From an uncultured delta proteobacterium (lineage in GTDB: Bacteria; Desulfobacterota; Binatia; UBA9968): a stretch of DNA of 64,000 nucleotides. Of the stretch, positions 21,866-31,078 are shown piece by piece (position 1 is the first letter of the stretch; each line of letters starts with the position of its first letter). The DNA is taken from the NCBI GenBank assembly GCA_963728565.1, contig CAVSLC010000002.1:160001-224000 (forward strand). The letters are read 5' to 3'. The notes beneath the pieces were generated by a model, which saw only the letters and a list, made by a program, of their open reading frames with translations, was not told the origin of the DNA and did no database searches. The position numbers and the translations under genes are program-made.

Positions 21866-22738
21866 TCACCAAAGCTGTTTTGTTGCCTCACGAAAACTTC
21901 GGATCGCTTCGATATGAGCGGCAGGGTTGCCAAACCCAGCGTTCATGGTGTTGACACTGAGGTGGGTTGCGCCTACTTCCTTCCAAGCTTTGATCTGTTC
22001 CTGCCATGTCTCGGCCGATTTAGCGCTTATCGTTATTCGACCCTCGATGCCAATCGTTTTCGGGTCTCGTCCGGCCTCACGGGCATAGGTCGTGATCTTC
22101 TCAATCGCGGCGCGGCATTTCTCGTCGGGAGGCAGTTGAGGAAACCAGCCGTCACCTAGACGTGCTAAACGCCGAAGCACCCGGTCGTGACCGCCGCCAA
22201 ACCAGATCGGAATCGGCCGTTGAACCGGCAATGGATTGATCCCGGCATCGCTGATCTTGTGCCAACGACCATCGAAGCTGACGAGCTCCTGGGTCCAGAG
22301 CAGACGCAGCAGTTCAACCTGTTCTTCCGCGCGCTGCCCGCGATTACTAAAATTTTCGCCCAGCGCTTCATACTCGACCGGATTCCAGCCGATACCAATC
22401 CCCAGCCGCAAACGGCCGCCGCTCAATATGTCCAGAGCCGCTGCCTGTTTTGCGACCAAGCAGGTTTGTCGCTGCGGCAAGATGAGAACTCCGGTCACCA
22501 ATTCGATTGTCTTGGTCAGTCCTGCCAGATAGGCGAAAAGAACGAACGGCTCGTGAAATGTGCTCTGATGTGTGTAGGGTGGCCGCCAACCGGGCCGGCT
22601 CGCGGGATTGGCGCCTAACACATGGTCATACGCCAAAATATGATGATAGCTGAGCTGTTCAGCAGCCTGGCTGTACTCCCCGATTACGGCTGCATCCGTG
22701 CCGATTTCCGTCTGGGGAAATACCACCCCTATTCGCAT
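21866..22738 (-). CDS. LLM-class F420-dependent oxidoreductase
   Basis: MRIGVVFPQTEI, YDHV, HEPFV, LPQRQ..LVAKQAA.LD, GIGWN..EY, IWFGG. Confidence 0.9.
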   Translation of the reverse strand: MRIGVVFPQTEIGTDAAVIGEYSQAAEQLSYHHILAYDHVLGANPASRPGWRPPYTHQSTFHEPFVLFAYLAGLTKTIELVTGVLILPQRQTCLVAKQAAALDILSGGRLRLGIGIGWNPVEYEALGENFSNRGQRAEEQVELLRLLWTQELVSFDGRWHKISDAGINPLPVQRPIPIWFGGGHDRVLRRLARLGDGWFPQLPPDEKCRAAIEKITTYAREAGRDPKTIGIEGRITISAKSAETWQEQIKAWKEVGATHLSVNTMNAGFGNPAAHIEAIRSFREATKQLW

Positions 22739-22846
22739 GGTTTTCTCCGTTCCTGGACCGATAAACCATTGATCCGTTAACTTTTGTCTAGCTCGGGGCT
22801 TGCTTTTTGTCCAGCTCGTACGCAAATTACCATCCGTGGTGTATAC

Positions 22847-22874
22847 TTGACATCACTTAACCAGATCGTACGAT
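22847..22874 (+). promoter_or_regulatory. sigma70-type promoter of htpX
   Basis: TTGACA-N16-TACGAT. Confidence 0.45.
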
Positions 22875-22892
22875 ACGGCAAAAGGGGAATTT

Positions 22893-23771
22893 ATGAACAT
22901 GCTTCGTACAACTGTTCTGCTGGCATTGTTGACGGCGCTGCTCGTCTGGGTCGGTAGCATTCTCGGCGGACACCAGGGAGCAGTAATTGCCTTTGTCATC
23001 GCTGCCGCAATGAACTTTTTCAGTTATTGGTTCAGCGACAAAATCGTCATCAAAATGTATCAAGGGCAAGAAATCACGCCGCAGGATGATCCGGAGCTTT
23101 ACGGATTGGTGCAGGATCTCACTCAACGCGCCGGATTGCCGATGCCCAAGGTCTACATGCTGCCGCAGGAGACGCCGAACGCGTTTGCCACGGGCCGCAA
23201 TCCGCAGCATGCCGCAGTGGCGGTCACGGCGGGGATTCGCCGCATTCTCGACAAGCGCGAGCTCGCCGGCGTTTTAGGCCATGAGCTGGCGCACGTGGCT
23301 AATCGCGATATTCTCGTCAGCACGATCGCCGCCACCCTGGCCGGCGCCATCAGCTACCTGGCGCAAATGGCGCAATGGGCCGCCATCTTCGGCGGCGGAC
23401 ATAGGGATGATCGCGAGGGCGGCAGTAATATGATCAGCCTGCTGGTGATGATGATTGTCGCGCCATTGGCGGCGATGCTGATTCAAATGGCGGTGTCGAG
23501 ATCTCGGGAATACGGTGCCGATGTTGGGGGTGCCAAAACCACTGGAGATCCGCTCGCATTAGCCAGCGCTTTGCGCAAGCTTCACCTCGGCTCACAGCAC
23601 ATTCCTCTTGAGACCAGCCAGGCTACGGCCAGCGCCACAGCGCATATGTTTATCGTCAATCCGCTGACCGGGGGAGGATTGGCCGCGCTGTTTAGCACGC
23701 ACCCGCCGATGGAAGATCGAATCGCCCGTCTCGAGGCGATGGCCCGGGACCACAGCTACATGCGGCGTTAA
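22893..23771 (+). CDS. htpX: Zinc metalloprotease HtpX
   Basis: [28 protein letters not shown]...RI. Confidence 0.96.
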   Translation: MNMLRTTVLLALLTALLVWVGSILGGHQGAVIAFVIAAAMNFFSYWFSDKIVIKMYQGQEITPQDDPELYGLVQDLTQRAGLPMPKVYMLPQETPNAFATGRNPQHAAVAVTAGIRRILDKRELAGVLGHELAHVANRDILVSTIAATLAGAISYLAQMAQWAAIFGGGHRDDREGGSNMISLLVMMIVAPLAAMLIQMAVSRSREYGADVGGAKTTGDPLALASALRKLHLGSQHIPLETSQATASATAHMFIVNPLTGGGLAALFSTHPPMEDRIARLEAMARDHSYMRR

Positions 23772-24451
23772 GTTTCGCCCGTCTCATTCCCAGTTACGAT
23801 CGGCGACAGTACCTTCTCTTCTAACCAGGCCGAGAGGTCCGAAAGGCTTCTCGGCCTGATTTCATGGCCCATCTCATACTCCCGATAAGTTACCGGGATG
23901 CGCGCTTGACGCAGTGTTTCCACGGACCGTCTTGCGCGGTCGACTTCGATCATTGAATCCTGAGTGCCGTGTTGAACCAAGGTTGGCAAAGTTTGCGCTG
24001 AATTGCTCAGCGACAAGTGCGGCACGAGCTCCGGCGGCAGCCAGCTACTTAGCGCCACGAGCGCGGCAAATCGATCCGGATACGCCAGAGCCAAACTGTA
24101 GGCCATAACGCCGCCTTGGCTAAAGCCGAGAATTGCCAACCTCTTTGTATCGATCGGATAATGCGCGACACAGTCGTCGAGAAACTGTCGCAGCCGTTGT
24201 TGAGACACTAACATCGACCCAATATCCGGCGGTCCGCCCATGCTCATGGGATACCAGGCGTAACCAGTGGCTTCCGGTCCGATGGGTGTTTCCAACGGGC
24301 CCTGAGGGCAGATGATAAGGAATCGGCCGGCGCAGAGGTATGGGGCGAGACTGAGCAGATCGAATGCGCTGGCGCCTCTACCGTGCAACGTCAGAATGGT
24401 TGGATGCGGGCCTTTTCCCGCAGGCTCGTAAAGTGTGTGAATCAGTTCCAT
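23768..24451 (-). CDS. Phospholipase/carboxylesterase (alpha/beta hydrolase)
   Basis: LHGRG, GFSQGG nucleophile motif, HGTQD, MGH. Confidence 0.92.
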   Translation of the reverse strand: MELIHTLYEPAGKGPHPTILTLHGRGASAFDLLSLAPYLCAGRFLIICPQGPLETPIGPEATGYAWYPMSMGGPPDIGSMLVSQQRLRQFLDDCVAHYPIDTKRLAILGFSQGGVMAYSLALAYPDRFAALVALSSWLPPELVPHLSLSNSAQTLPTLVQHGTQDSMIEVDRARRSVETLRQARIPVTYREYEMGHEIRPRSLSDLSAWLEEKVLSPIVTGNETGET

Positions 24452-24622
24452 TATGTAACCTCGGGAGAATGTTTTAACCGCGTACTTATCGAGCTATTCA
24501 GGTTATGCCAATGCGCCTTGACGCAAGCCGCTTGTTCACCGCGCCCGGTTCCGGCTCATCTAGAACCAATGCTGCTGTGACATATTCTCCTTCCGGATAT
24601 GCGACTCCAGTGCCTTCCGGCT

Positions 24623-26314
24623 CTAGGCTCTCATCGCCTCAAGGCTTTTTAGAGATTTTCTGATCGACACCGCCACGGCGGCGACCGTCACGGCGATCGC
24701 AGTCAGCAGAGAGGGGGCGATCACCCATTCTATGGAAGTGTGGGATTCTCCAGCCCCGAATGAGCGGCTGGTCAGCAGATAAACCGGGTAGGCTTCGATC
24801 ATAACAATAAGGCCGATGAAGCCGATGCTGAAGATCATGCAGATCGCGCCGCCGAAGCTGGTGGGGATTTCGGCCACATGATCATAAGTAAATTTGGGAT
24901 AGATTGCGCCGAGGCCAACGCAAATCGCGGTAATACCGAAGGTCATTAGAAAGATCGTCACCAGCGATAAGATCATCATCCAGTTCGGTACGCCTAACAT
25001 CAGATTGCTGAAAAAGACTAGTAACTCACCGAGAAAAAGAAGTGGCAATAAGTTTAGCCAAAACTTACTCCAGAGCAGCGTTTTGAGCGATATCGGTGAG
25101 GTTTGTAAGAGCCAAAACGCGTTGCCTTCCAGACTTACTGCCGGGAACGCAAAGCGCATGGCGACCGCGCTGAGCACGAACCCGGCCAGGGCCAAATTGA
25201 CGAAGGCCACCACGGTTCTCAAAGTTCCAGCCGGCATGGGCGATCGATCGAGCGGCAACACTTTGAAATTGTAGAGGTAGACGACAATGAGGGCGATCAG
25301 CAGGAATACTTGCGACCATTGGCTGCTATCACGCATGAAAGTTTTGATATCCTTGATCAAAATAGCTCGCATCACTCCGGAAAATGGCCGAGTGAGTAAA
25401 CTGATGAGCAGATCGAGCCATTTTAGTTTTCGCCGTCCCTGATTCGACTCTTGTGCCTTTGACCAGCCGTCCAGATACACTGCGCCCGAGACCCATGACG
25501 TGACCAGCGGAAAAAACAGCCCATAGCTCGCCAGCAAGGCAAAGAAAAAGGCCTGGTCTGTAGAGCGGTTAAATAGAGTTCCAGCCAAGATTTCAGCCGA
25601 CCAACTGCTCGGTAAATAGGGCGAAGAAGGTGTTTCCATCGCGGTTAGGAACTGGACAAAGTGCCCGAAGCTTTCCGGCCGCACTAATCTTTCCGGCTGG
25701 GAAAACCGGAAGAGAAAATAAATCAAAATGAAGGCAAACAGGCCGACAAAAAAAAGTATATCGCGGATGCGCTTGGCGGGAAGAAAGTAGACGAATAAAT
25801 GCGTAGCCAAAACCCCGAATGCCGCGGGGATGATCAAAAACAGCGGCAGACTCAACATCAGCCATAGGTAAAAGATGACTCCGCCGCCGAAGACCGTGTT
25901 GTAGGCGCCGAAAATCGGCAAACTGAAAAATAGCACCATCCACGACGAATTAACCGTGGTCATGAGCAAACGCGAATAATAAAAATGATTGTGCGACAGC
26001 GGTGTAGAGATGATCAAGTCCAGATCGCGCGCGAGAAAAAATGCCGAGAGCGCTGTTATCAGATTGCTGAACAGAAGCATCGATAGAAAAGTCAGCAGAA
26101 TGATCAACAGGAGTTGATAGGCCAGGGCAGGGCCGAGGTCATGCACGGATTGAAAATACATCAGTACGCGGCGAATTACATAGAACGTGCCGATCCAGAA
26201 ACAGATCCCCAGGGTCAGGAGCGACCAGCGGCGGCCCGTCCGAGCCCGGCGCCGATGAAAGTCGTTTTGCCATGCCAACCACTTGGGCGAGAGAAGTAGC
26301 AGAATCGTGCTCAA
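24623..26314 (-). CDS. Putative ABC exporter permease subunit
   Basis: Multi-TM protein; KD.K.F.RD..QWSQ, RF.FP.VSLEG...W; overlaps the ATPase stop codon. Confidence 0.8.
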   Translation of the reverse strand: MSTILLLLSPKWLAWQNDFHRRRARTGRRWSLLTLGICFWIGTFYVIRRVLMYFQSVHDLGPALAYQLLLIILLTFLSMLLFSNLITALSAFFLARDLDLIISTPLSHNHFYYSRLLMTTVNSSWMVLFFSLPIFGAYNTVFGGGVIFYLWLMLSLPLFLIIPAAFGVLATHLFVYFLPAKRIRDILFFVGLFAFILIYFLFRFSQPERLVRPESFGHFVQFLTAMETPSSPYLPSSWSAEILAGTLFNRSTDQAFFFALLASYGLFFPLVTSWVSGAVYLDGWSKAQESNQGRRKLKWLDLLISLLTRPFSGVMRAILIKDIKTFMRDSSQWSQVFLLIALIVVYLYNFKVLPLDRSPMPAGTLRTVVAFVNLALAGFVLSAVAMRFAFPAVSLEGNAFWLLQTSPISLKTLLWSKFWLNLLPLLFLGELLVFFSNLMLGVPNWMMILSLVTIFLMTFGITAICVGLGAIYPKFTYDHVAEIPTSFGGAICMIFSIGFIGLIVMIEAYPVYLLTSRSFGAGESHTSIEWVIAPSLLTAIAVTVAAVAVSIRKSLKSLEAMRA

Positions 26315-27069
26315 ACCGGCCGCTCCCGAGGCAATGCTAAGTCGGCCTGCTGCTGGGTTAACTCAAGAAAAACATCTTCCAAATTACTGTCGTGACCCCG
26401 AGTGAGTCGGTAAATGTCCGCCATGGTCCCACTGGCGATCAGATGGCCCTTCTGAATAATTCCGATTCGGTGGCATACTTCCTCGGCCACGCTGATGCTA
26501 TGGGTCGATAAGAAAACCGTCGTACCGTTTTTCGCCAACGAACGAAATAGGTCCTTAAGGGTGCGCGCACCCTTGGGATCCAAGCCGACCATCGGCTCAT
26601 CGACAATGAGAATGCGCGGCTCATGGACAAGCGCCGCGCACAACACCAGGCGCTGTTTCATGCCGTGGGAAAACCCTTCCACTAACTCGTCCTGCCAATC
26701 GGCTAATTCGAAATATTCCAAGAGCTCGTCAATCCTGTGTTTCAATCGAGCCGATTCCATTCGGTGTAGCTTAGCGACAAACGTAAGGAATTCTTTGCCG
26801 CTGAGTTTCTCATAAATAAACGGGCGATCGGGGATGAATCCGGCGATAGCTTTGGCTTGCTGCGGCTCGTGTTCGACATCGTGCCCGCCGAGAATCACTC
26901 GGCCCGAGCTCGCTCTCAAGATCCCCATCATTACTCGGATGGTCGTGGTCTTGCCCGCGCCGTTGGGGCCCAGGAAGCCAAATATTTCTCCCGGGGCAAC
27001 TTCGATGTTGAGATTATCTACAGCAGCCAGGCGGCCGTACTGTTTGCGTAAATTGATTATGCGAATCAT
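26311..27069 (-). CDS. ABC-2 type ATP-binding protein
   Basis: GPNGAGKTT, FSHGMKQR, VDEPMVGLDP, STH. Confidence 0.93.
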   Translation of the reverse strand: MIRIINLRKQYGRLAAVDNLNIEVAPGEIFGFLGPNGAGKTTTIRVMMGILRASSGRVILGGHDVEHEPQQAKAIAGFIPDRPFIYEKLSGKEFLTFVAKLHRMESARLKHRIDELLEYFELADWQDELVEGFSHGMKQRLVLCAALVHEPRILIVDEPMVGLDPKGARTLKDLFRSLAKNGTTVFLSTHSISVAEEVCHRIGIIQKGHLIASGTMADIYRLTRGHDSNLEDVFLELTQQQADLALPRERPV

Positions 27070-27190
27070 AGCGAGGGAGTCTGCTCTATTTAACGCGTCC
27101 AAGCCCCCGGCCGCTAAAGATCCAAGGCAGATAACTCGGCTAGGAATTATCCGCGCCACCCGGGTTGCTAGAGTCCGTCGATTTAGTGAA

Positions 27191-28666
27191 TTATTCCTGT
27201 TCCAGAACTTCTATTCTCAGATTGCCGATCAATTTAAGCATATCCAACTGCCGGTCGATTTCGCCTTCGATGAATTTGACGTGAGTGACATCGGCGGGAA
27301 ACTGATCGAGCACCGAGTCCAAGGAGATCCATTTGCCAAGCCAAACTTCGGACCAGGCGTGATAATAAAATGCGCCGCGCAGATAGACCAACCCAACTAC
27401 GGTTCTGGCGGGAATGCCCGCGGCGCGAGCGAGCGCGTTGAACAGCACAGTATGTTCGTTGCAATCCCCCTTTTTGGTTTGCAGCACTTGGAGAGCGTTA
27501 GGGATACTGATAGTCGGCTGCTTTTCGATTTCGTTGTAGACCCAATTTTTCAGGCGCACGACCGCTCTGTGCGCATCTGTTTCCGCGCCGAGGATTTGCA
27601 TGGCACGATCGCGGATCGATGGATGATCGCTTTGCAGAAATGGAGTGGGGTTCAAGAATGAGCCGAAGCGGCGATCTTTTAGCGGGATCTTGTAAGTGTC
27701 GGACGGGCTAACCTGCTCTCGCTCTATGCGCAAGACATCCTCGCTAAACTTCTGGCGTTCACCATGCAATGCGAATTCTACCAAGTTCAGGCCGCTTAAT
27801 CTTAGTCGAAGCTTACTTCTACTTTGCGGCTGGAGAATCGATTCGCCGACCGCGATCGAAGCGCGTGCAATCAGGTCCAAAGGAACGGCGGGCGAATCAG
27901 CGAAGCTTTTTACCTGTGGCGGAGCTTCCCGTCGGAGAGCAAATCCGCCAGGGCTTTCCTCCTTCAGCGTGCGGCCATTTCCATCGATCCACGAAACCAC
28001 CGAAATCCCTTTGAACCGTTGCCGCAATCTGATCGCCGGCACTTTTTGATCGCCGACGAGGATGTGCTCGCGAGCTTCGATGACCACCGAAGTGATTTGA
28101 TCGGCAAGAGTCGCAGGATCGAAGATTGTAAAGAAATGTTCTTTGCCGGGCTCCAACTGCTGGGTTGCGACTAAAGGTTTCAAAGCCGCGGCTAAGTAGG
28201 GCGGTTGCGTCAGTGCGATAATCTGCTTCGACGTATGGCCGGCCGACTCAATTTCGAGGTGTAATTGACCCGGAATAACCTTGCCCCGGGATTGAAAACG
28301 GACATCGTTTGACAGCAGCTCAAAATCGAAATCTTTAAGCACCCATTCTTTATCCACAGCCATGGCCAGCCGCGTCGAAGCCCGCTGAGTCGTTCCTAAT
28401 AGATTCAAGCGCAGCAGCGATTCATCGCGCAGCTGATATCCGTTCTGGCTCGGCTCAATGCTTTGTGAAGTGAAGCCGATTTTCTCGCCCTGATAGTAGA
28501 CTCCCCACCATTCCTGAGTCGCTTCCGTAAGAGTTTCCGTCGCGCTGACGAAAAGCGGAGGCGGCGGCGCCCAGAGCTGGCGTTTGATGAGTAGGACGTT
28601 CATCACGCACCAGAACACAACGACAGCGAGGCCAATGGATTGTTTCACGATCATGCGGTAGAACAC
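27191..28666 (-). CDS. Membrane-anchored transglutaminase-like protein
   Basis: N-terminal TM; Cys-His-Asp triad GDCNEH / YHAWSEV / WISLD. Confidence 0.88.
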   Translation of the reverse strand: MFYRMIVKQSIGLAVVVFWCVMNVLLIKRQLWAPPPPLFVSATETLTEATQEWWGVYYQGEKIGFTSQSIEPSQNGYQLRDESLLRLNLLGTTQRASTRLAMAVDKEWVLKDFDFELLSNDVRFQSRGKVIPGQLHLEIESAGHTSKQIIALTQPPYLAAALKPLVATQQLEPGKEHFFTIFDPATLADQITSVVIEAREHILVGDQKVPAIRLRQRFKGISVVSWIDGNGRTLKEESPGGFALRREAPPQVKSFADSPAVPLDLIARASIAVGESILQPQSRSKLRLRLSGLNLVEFALHGERQKFSEDVLRIEREQVSPSDTYKIPLKDRRFGSFLNPTPFLQSDHPSIRDRAMQILGAETDAHRAVVRLKNWVYNEIEKQPTISIPNALQVLQTKKGDCNEHTVLFNALARAAGIPARTVVGLVYLRGAFYYHAWSEVWLGKWISLDSVLDQFPADVTHVKFIEGEIDRQLDMLKLIGNLRIEVLEQE

Positions 28667-28714
28667 GGCTATGGTAAATGCAAAGGCAGATCAGTTCAAA
28701 CTAAATGCCAGCAG

Positions 28715-29195
28715 ATGTCGAAATCAAATCCTCGGGAACTGAGATTCGCCGCCGACGTCATGCTTGGCAGGCTTGCGAAATGGCTCAGGGTGCTAGGACT
28801 AGATGTGCTTTATGGACGACATCTCTCAGGCGCCGGTTTGGTCCATGCGGCACGCCAAGAAAATCAGAATCATTCTCACCCGGGACCGCCGTTTACGTAC
28901 TCAACCGCAGGACTCTCTGTTGATACAAAGCGATGACTTTCGCGAACAGCTGCGTCAGGTCGTCAGCACGTTTCATCTGGCTCGAACCAACGATCTTTTC
29001 AGGCGATGTCTTATCTGCAATTCTTCGCTGCAGCCGCGTCCGAAAACTTCCGTCAAACAGGCGGTCCCCGAATATGTTTTTTCAACTCAGGAACAATTTT
29101 TTTGGTGTGCCAATTGCCGCCGTATCTACTGGCCCGCGACTCATCACCAAAAAATGCTGCAGGAAATAAAAAAATTGCAATTGGAGTGGTCTTAG
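28715..29195 (+). CDS. Mut7-C RNase (PIN-like + Zn ribbon) protein (frameshift near 28860)
   Basis: F.AD.MLG.LAKWLR.LG.D; next frame IILTRD, RC..CN..L, F.C..C.RIYW..TH. Confidence 0.88.
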
Positions 29196-29392
29196 CTGAT
29201 GAACTAAGCCCGCGAAAGCTCGCCACGCTCCGTTTGCCATGCCCAGGATCGTTTCCCCTGCCTGGAATTTGCTGGATTCGTGTGCTAATTAATTGATCTG
29301 TTCATCCCTTGGCTGAACCGGTCCGAACTGCTCGCGACTCGATACGGTGGTGGCGATGTTATCGGCGCGGGCGGATCGAAAGTAGTCTATAT

Positions 29393-29468
29393 TCCCCGGT
29401 AGCTCAGTCGGTAGAGCAGTTGGCTGTTAACCAATTGGTCGGGGGTTCGAGTCCCTCCCGGGGAGCCA
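29393..29468 (+). tRNA. tRNA-Asn(GTT)
   Basis: 76 nt; acceptor stem TCCCCGG/CCGGGGA, anticodon arm GTTGG-CTGTTAA-CCAAT, T-loop GTTCGAG, encoded CCA. Confidence 0.98.
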
Positions 29469-29485
29469 GCTTTAGACCACAAGAG

Positions 29486-29517
29486 AAAGGCCCTTCGACA
29501 ATATCGAGGGGCCTTTT
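29486..29517 (+). terminator. Intrinsic terminator after tRNA-Asn
   Basis: AAAGGCCCTTCGA-caata-TCGAGGGGCCTTTT hairpin with T-tract; could act bidirectionally. Confidence 0.75.
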
Positions 29518-29680
29518 GCGTGTGCGGCTTTGGGATTCGGTGAAGAACTCGCCAGTCCTCTCAACCCGAGGCGGGCTCGCCTTGCGCAATCAAAGGCGGT
29601 AATTTTTATACGATACTCGATCATACGTGAGTAACGGATGTAACTGAGTGAGCAAACGTAGGGGAAAGTATTGTCTGAAT

Positions 29681-30247
29681 TCAGGTAAGTTTTTCGATCA
29701 CCGCGGCAAGTAGCTCTGGCGAGATCGGCTTGGCTAAAAACTCCGCGATTCCCGCTTCCGCGGCTTGTGCAAGGATCTCGTCGCTCTCCCAGCCGGAACA
29801 TGCAACGATCGGGATGTCTTTCGTCTGAGAATTCTCCTTTATCCTTTTGGCGGTTTCCAAACCGCTGGAGTCAGGTAGCGAAAGATCCATCACGATCAAA
29901 TCGGGATTCTCGATCAGGCTCATTCTAATTCCGGCGCGGCCATCGGCTGCTTCGCATGTTTTATAACCTAGATGACGTAAGGTGATTGTGAGCACCCGCC
30001 GAACGTCAGCCTGATCCTCGATGATCAGGATCTTCTTGCGAGCAATCGATGCACTTGCCTCTCTTCCACTAGCCTGCGTGCAGGTTCCTTGGCGTTGGTG
30101 CTCGACACATTCAGGACAGAATTCATCCATCGGAGGAGCACCGTGGTCGTGTTTGTCGAAATCTGTAACCGGCCAATTCGGACAATTTGAACAGAAATGC
30201 CAAAGATCCGTGTTGTGCGTCTTGCGGTAAGAAATTTTCGTTGCCAC
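29681..30247 (-). CDS. Response regulator: N-terminal Cys/His-rich small domain fused to a REC domain
   Basis: WHFCSNC...FCPEC...C, then ILIIED, MDLSLP (phospho-Asp), CSG, AKP. Confidence 0.85.
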   Translation of the reverse strand: MATKISYRKTHNTDLWHFCSNCPNWPVTDFDKHDHGAPPMDEFCPECVEHQRQGTCTQASGREASASIARKKILIIEDQADVRRVLTITLRHLGYKTCEAADGRAGIRMSLIENPDLIVMDLSLPDSSGLETAKRIKENSQTKDIPIVACSGWESDEILAQAAEAGIAEFLAKPISPELLAAVIEKLT

Positions 30248-30259
30248 GGGCCGCGGGAC

Positions 30260-30275
30260 TGCAAATGTCGTTCCG
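30260..30275 (-). promoter_or_regulatory. Putative sigma54 -24/-12 promoter
   Basis: The minus strand reads CGGAACGACATTTGCA (GG-N10-GC), ending 12 nt before the GTG at 30247. Confidence 0.5.
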
Positions 30276-30277
30276 GC

Positions 30278-30398
30278 CGCTTTGGCAATTCTTGTCTAGA
30301 AATTTCCGCTGCACGACATTTGCGATGGCGGTTGGTGAGAGGTGTAAATGACTGTAACGATCAAGCAACGCTTGAACAGGGCAGTGTCATGTTGTCTT
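30278..30398. repeat. Imperfect direct repeat, copy A
   Basis: Collinear blocks TCTTGT, CCGC, ACATTTGC, TGGCGGT, GGTGTAA, GACTGTA, AGCAA, GTGTCATGTTGTCTT are shared with 30870-30978. Confidence 0.75.
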
Positions 30399-30507
30399 CA
30401 TAGCAAGCTCAAACTGGCAACCTGAGTTTAATAGCAGCTTTTTTGTTGCAGCCGGTATTTACAACGCAGCCGGTCATACGTTATTAACTTCAGCCACCGA
30501 CTACCGC

Positions 30508-30939
30508 ATGAATCGAGACTCAATTCCGAACGACGTTAAGCAGTTTATTTTGGAGAGAATCGAATCGGTCGCTTATCTGGAGGCGTTACTGCTTCTTCGC
30601 AGCAAACGAGATGCACTATGGAGTTGTGAGGCTGTGGCCAATCGCCTCTACATCGATCAGAAACAAACGGCCGAATTACTGGCACGCCTCGATGCAGATG
30701 GTTTTGTAACCTCAGCGGGGGCGGAGGACCCGGTGTACCGATACCAGCCGCATACCGCTCATCTACAACAGATGATCGACTCTTTAGCGGAATTCTACGG
30801 CAAGCATCTTGTTCCGATCACAAACCTGATTCACGCCAAGCCGAAAAACAGAGTTCAAGAATTCGCCGATGCTTTTAGCTTGTATCTTGTTTTATTACCG
30901 CAGCCGTACATTTGCTCTGGCGGTGTGTGTGGGGTGTAA
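30508..30939 (+). CDS. Conserved hypothetical winged-helix-like protein, of a type usually linked to two-component genes; C-terminus possibly scrambled
   Basis: DVKQFI...I.SV..LEALLLL, VA.RLY, YRY.P, LA..Y...LV.IT.LIH, FADAF. Confidence 0.7.
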   Translation: MNRDSIPNDVKQFILERIESVAYLEALLLLRSKRDALWSCEAVANRLYIDQKQTAELLARLDADGFVTSAGAEDPVYRYQPHTAHLQQMIDSLAEFYGKHLVPITNLIHAKPKNRVQEFADAFSLYLVLLPQPYICSGGVCGV

Positions 30940-30978
30940 CGGACTGTAGCCAGCAATAAACGGGTGTCATGTTGTCTT
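30870..30978. repeat. Imperfect direct repeat, copy B
   Basis: See copy A. The 15-mer GTGTCATGTTGTCTT is identical at 30384 and 30964. Confidence 0.75.
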
Positions 30979-31078
30979 AGATGCAGTTTTGTGACGGCGC
31001 CGAAGGAGAACCGGGTATACTCGCCTTCGAGAAAATTATTGCAGTTGCTGAATGCACCTGAATTTCTGAGATATGCCG

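Noticed and set aside
29309-29602. ORFs overlapping tRNA-Asn
   Set aside because: They are spurious translations of the tRNA and terminator.
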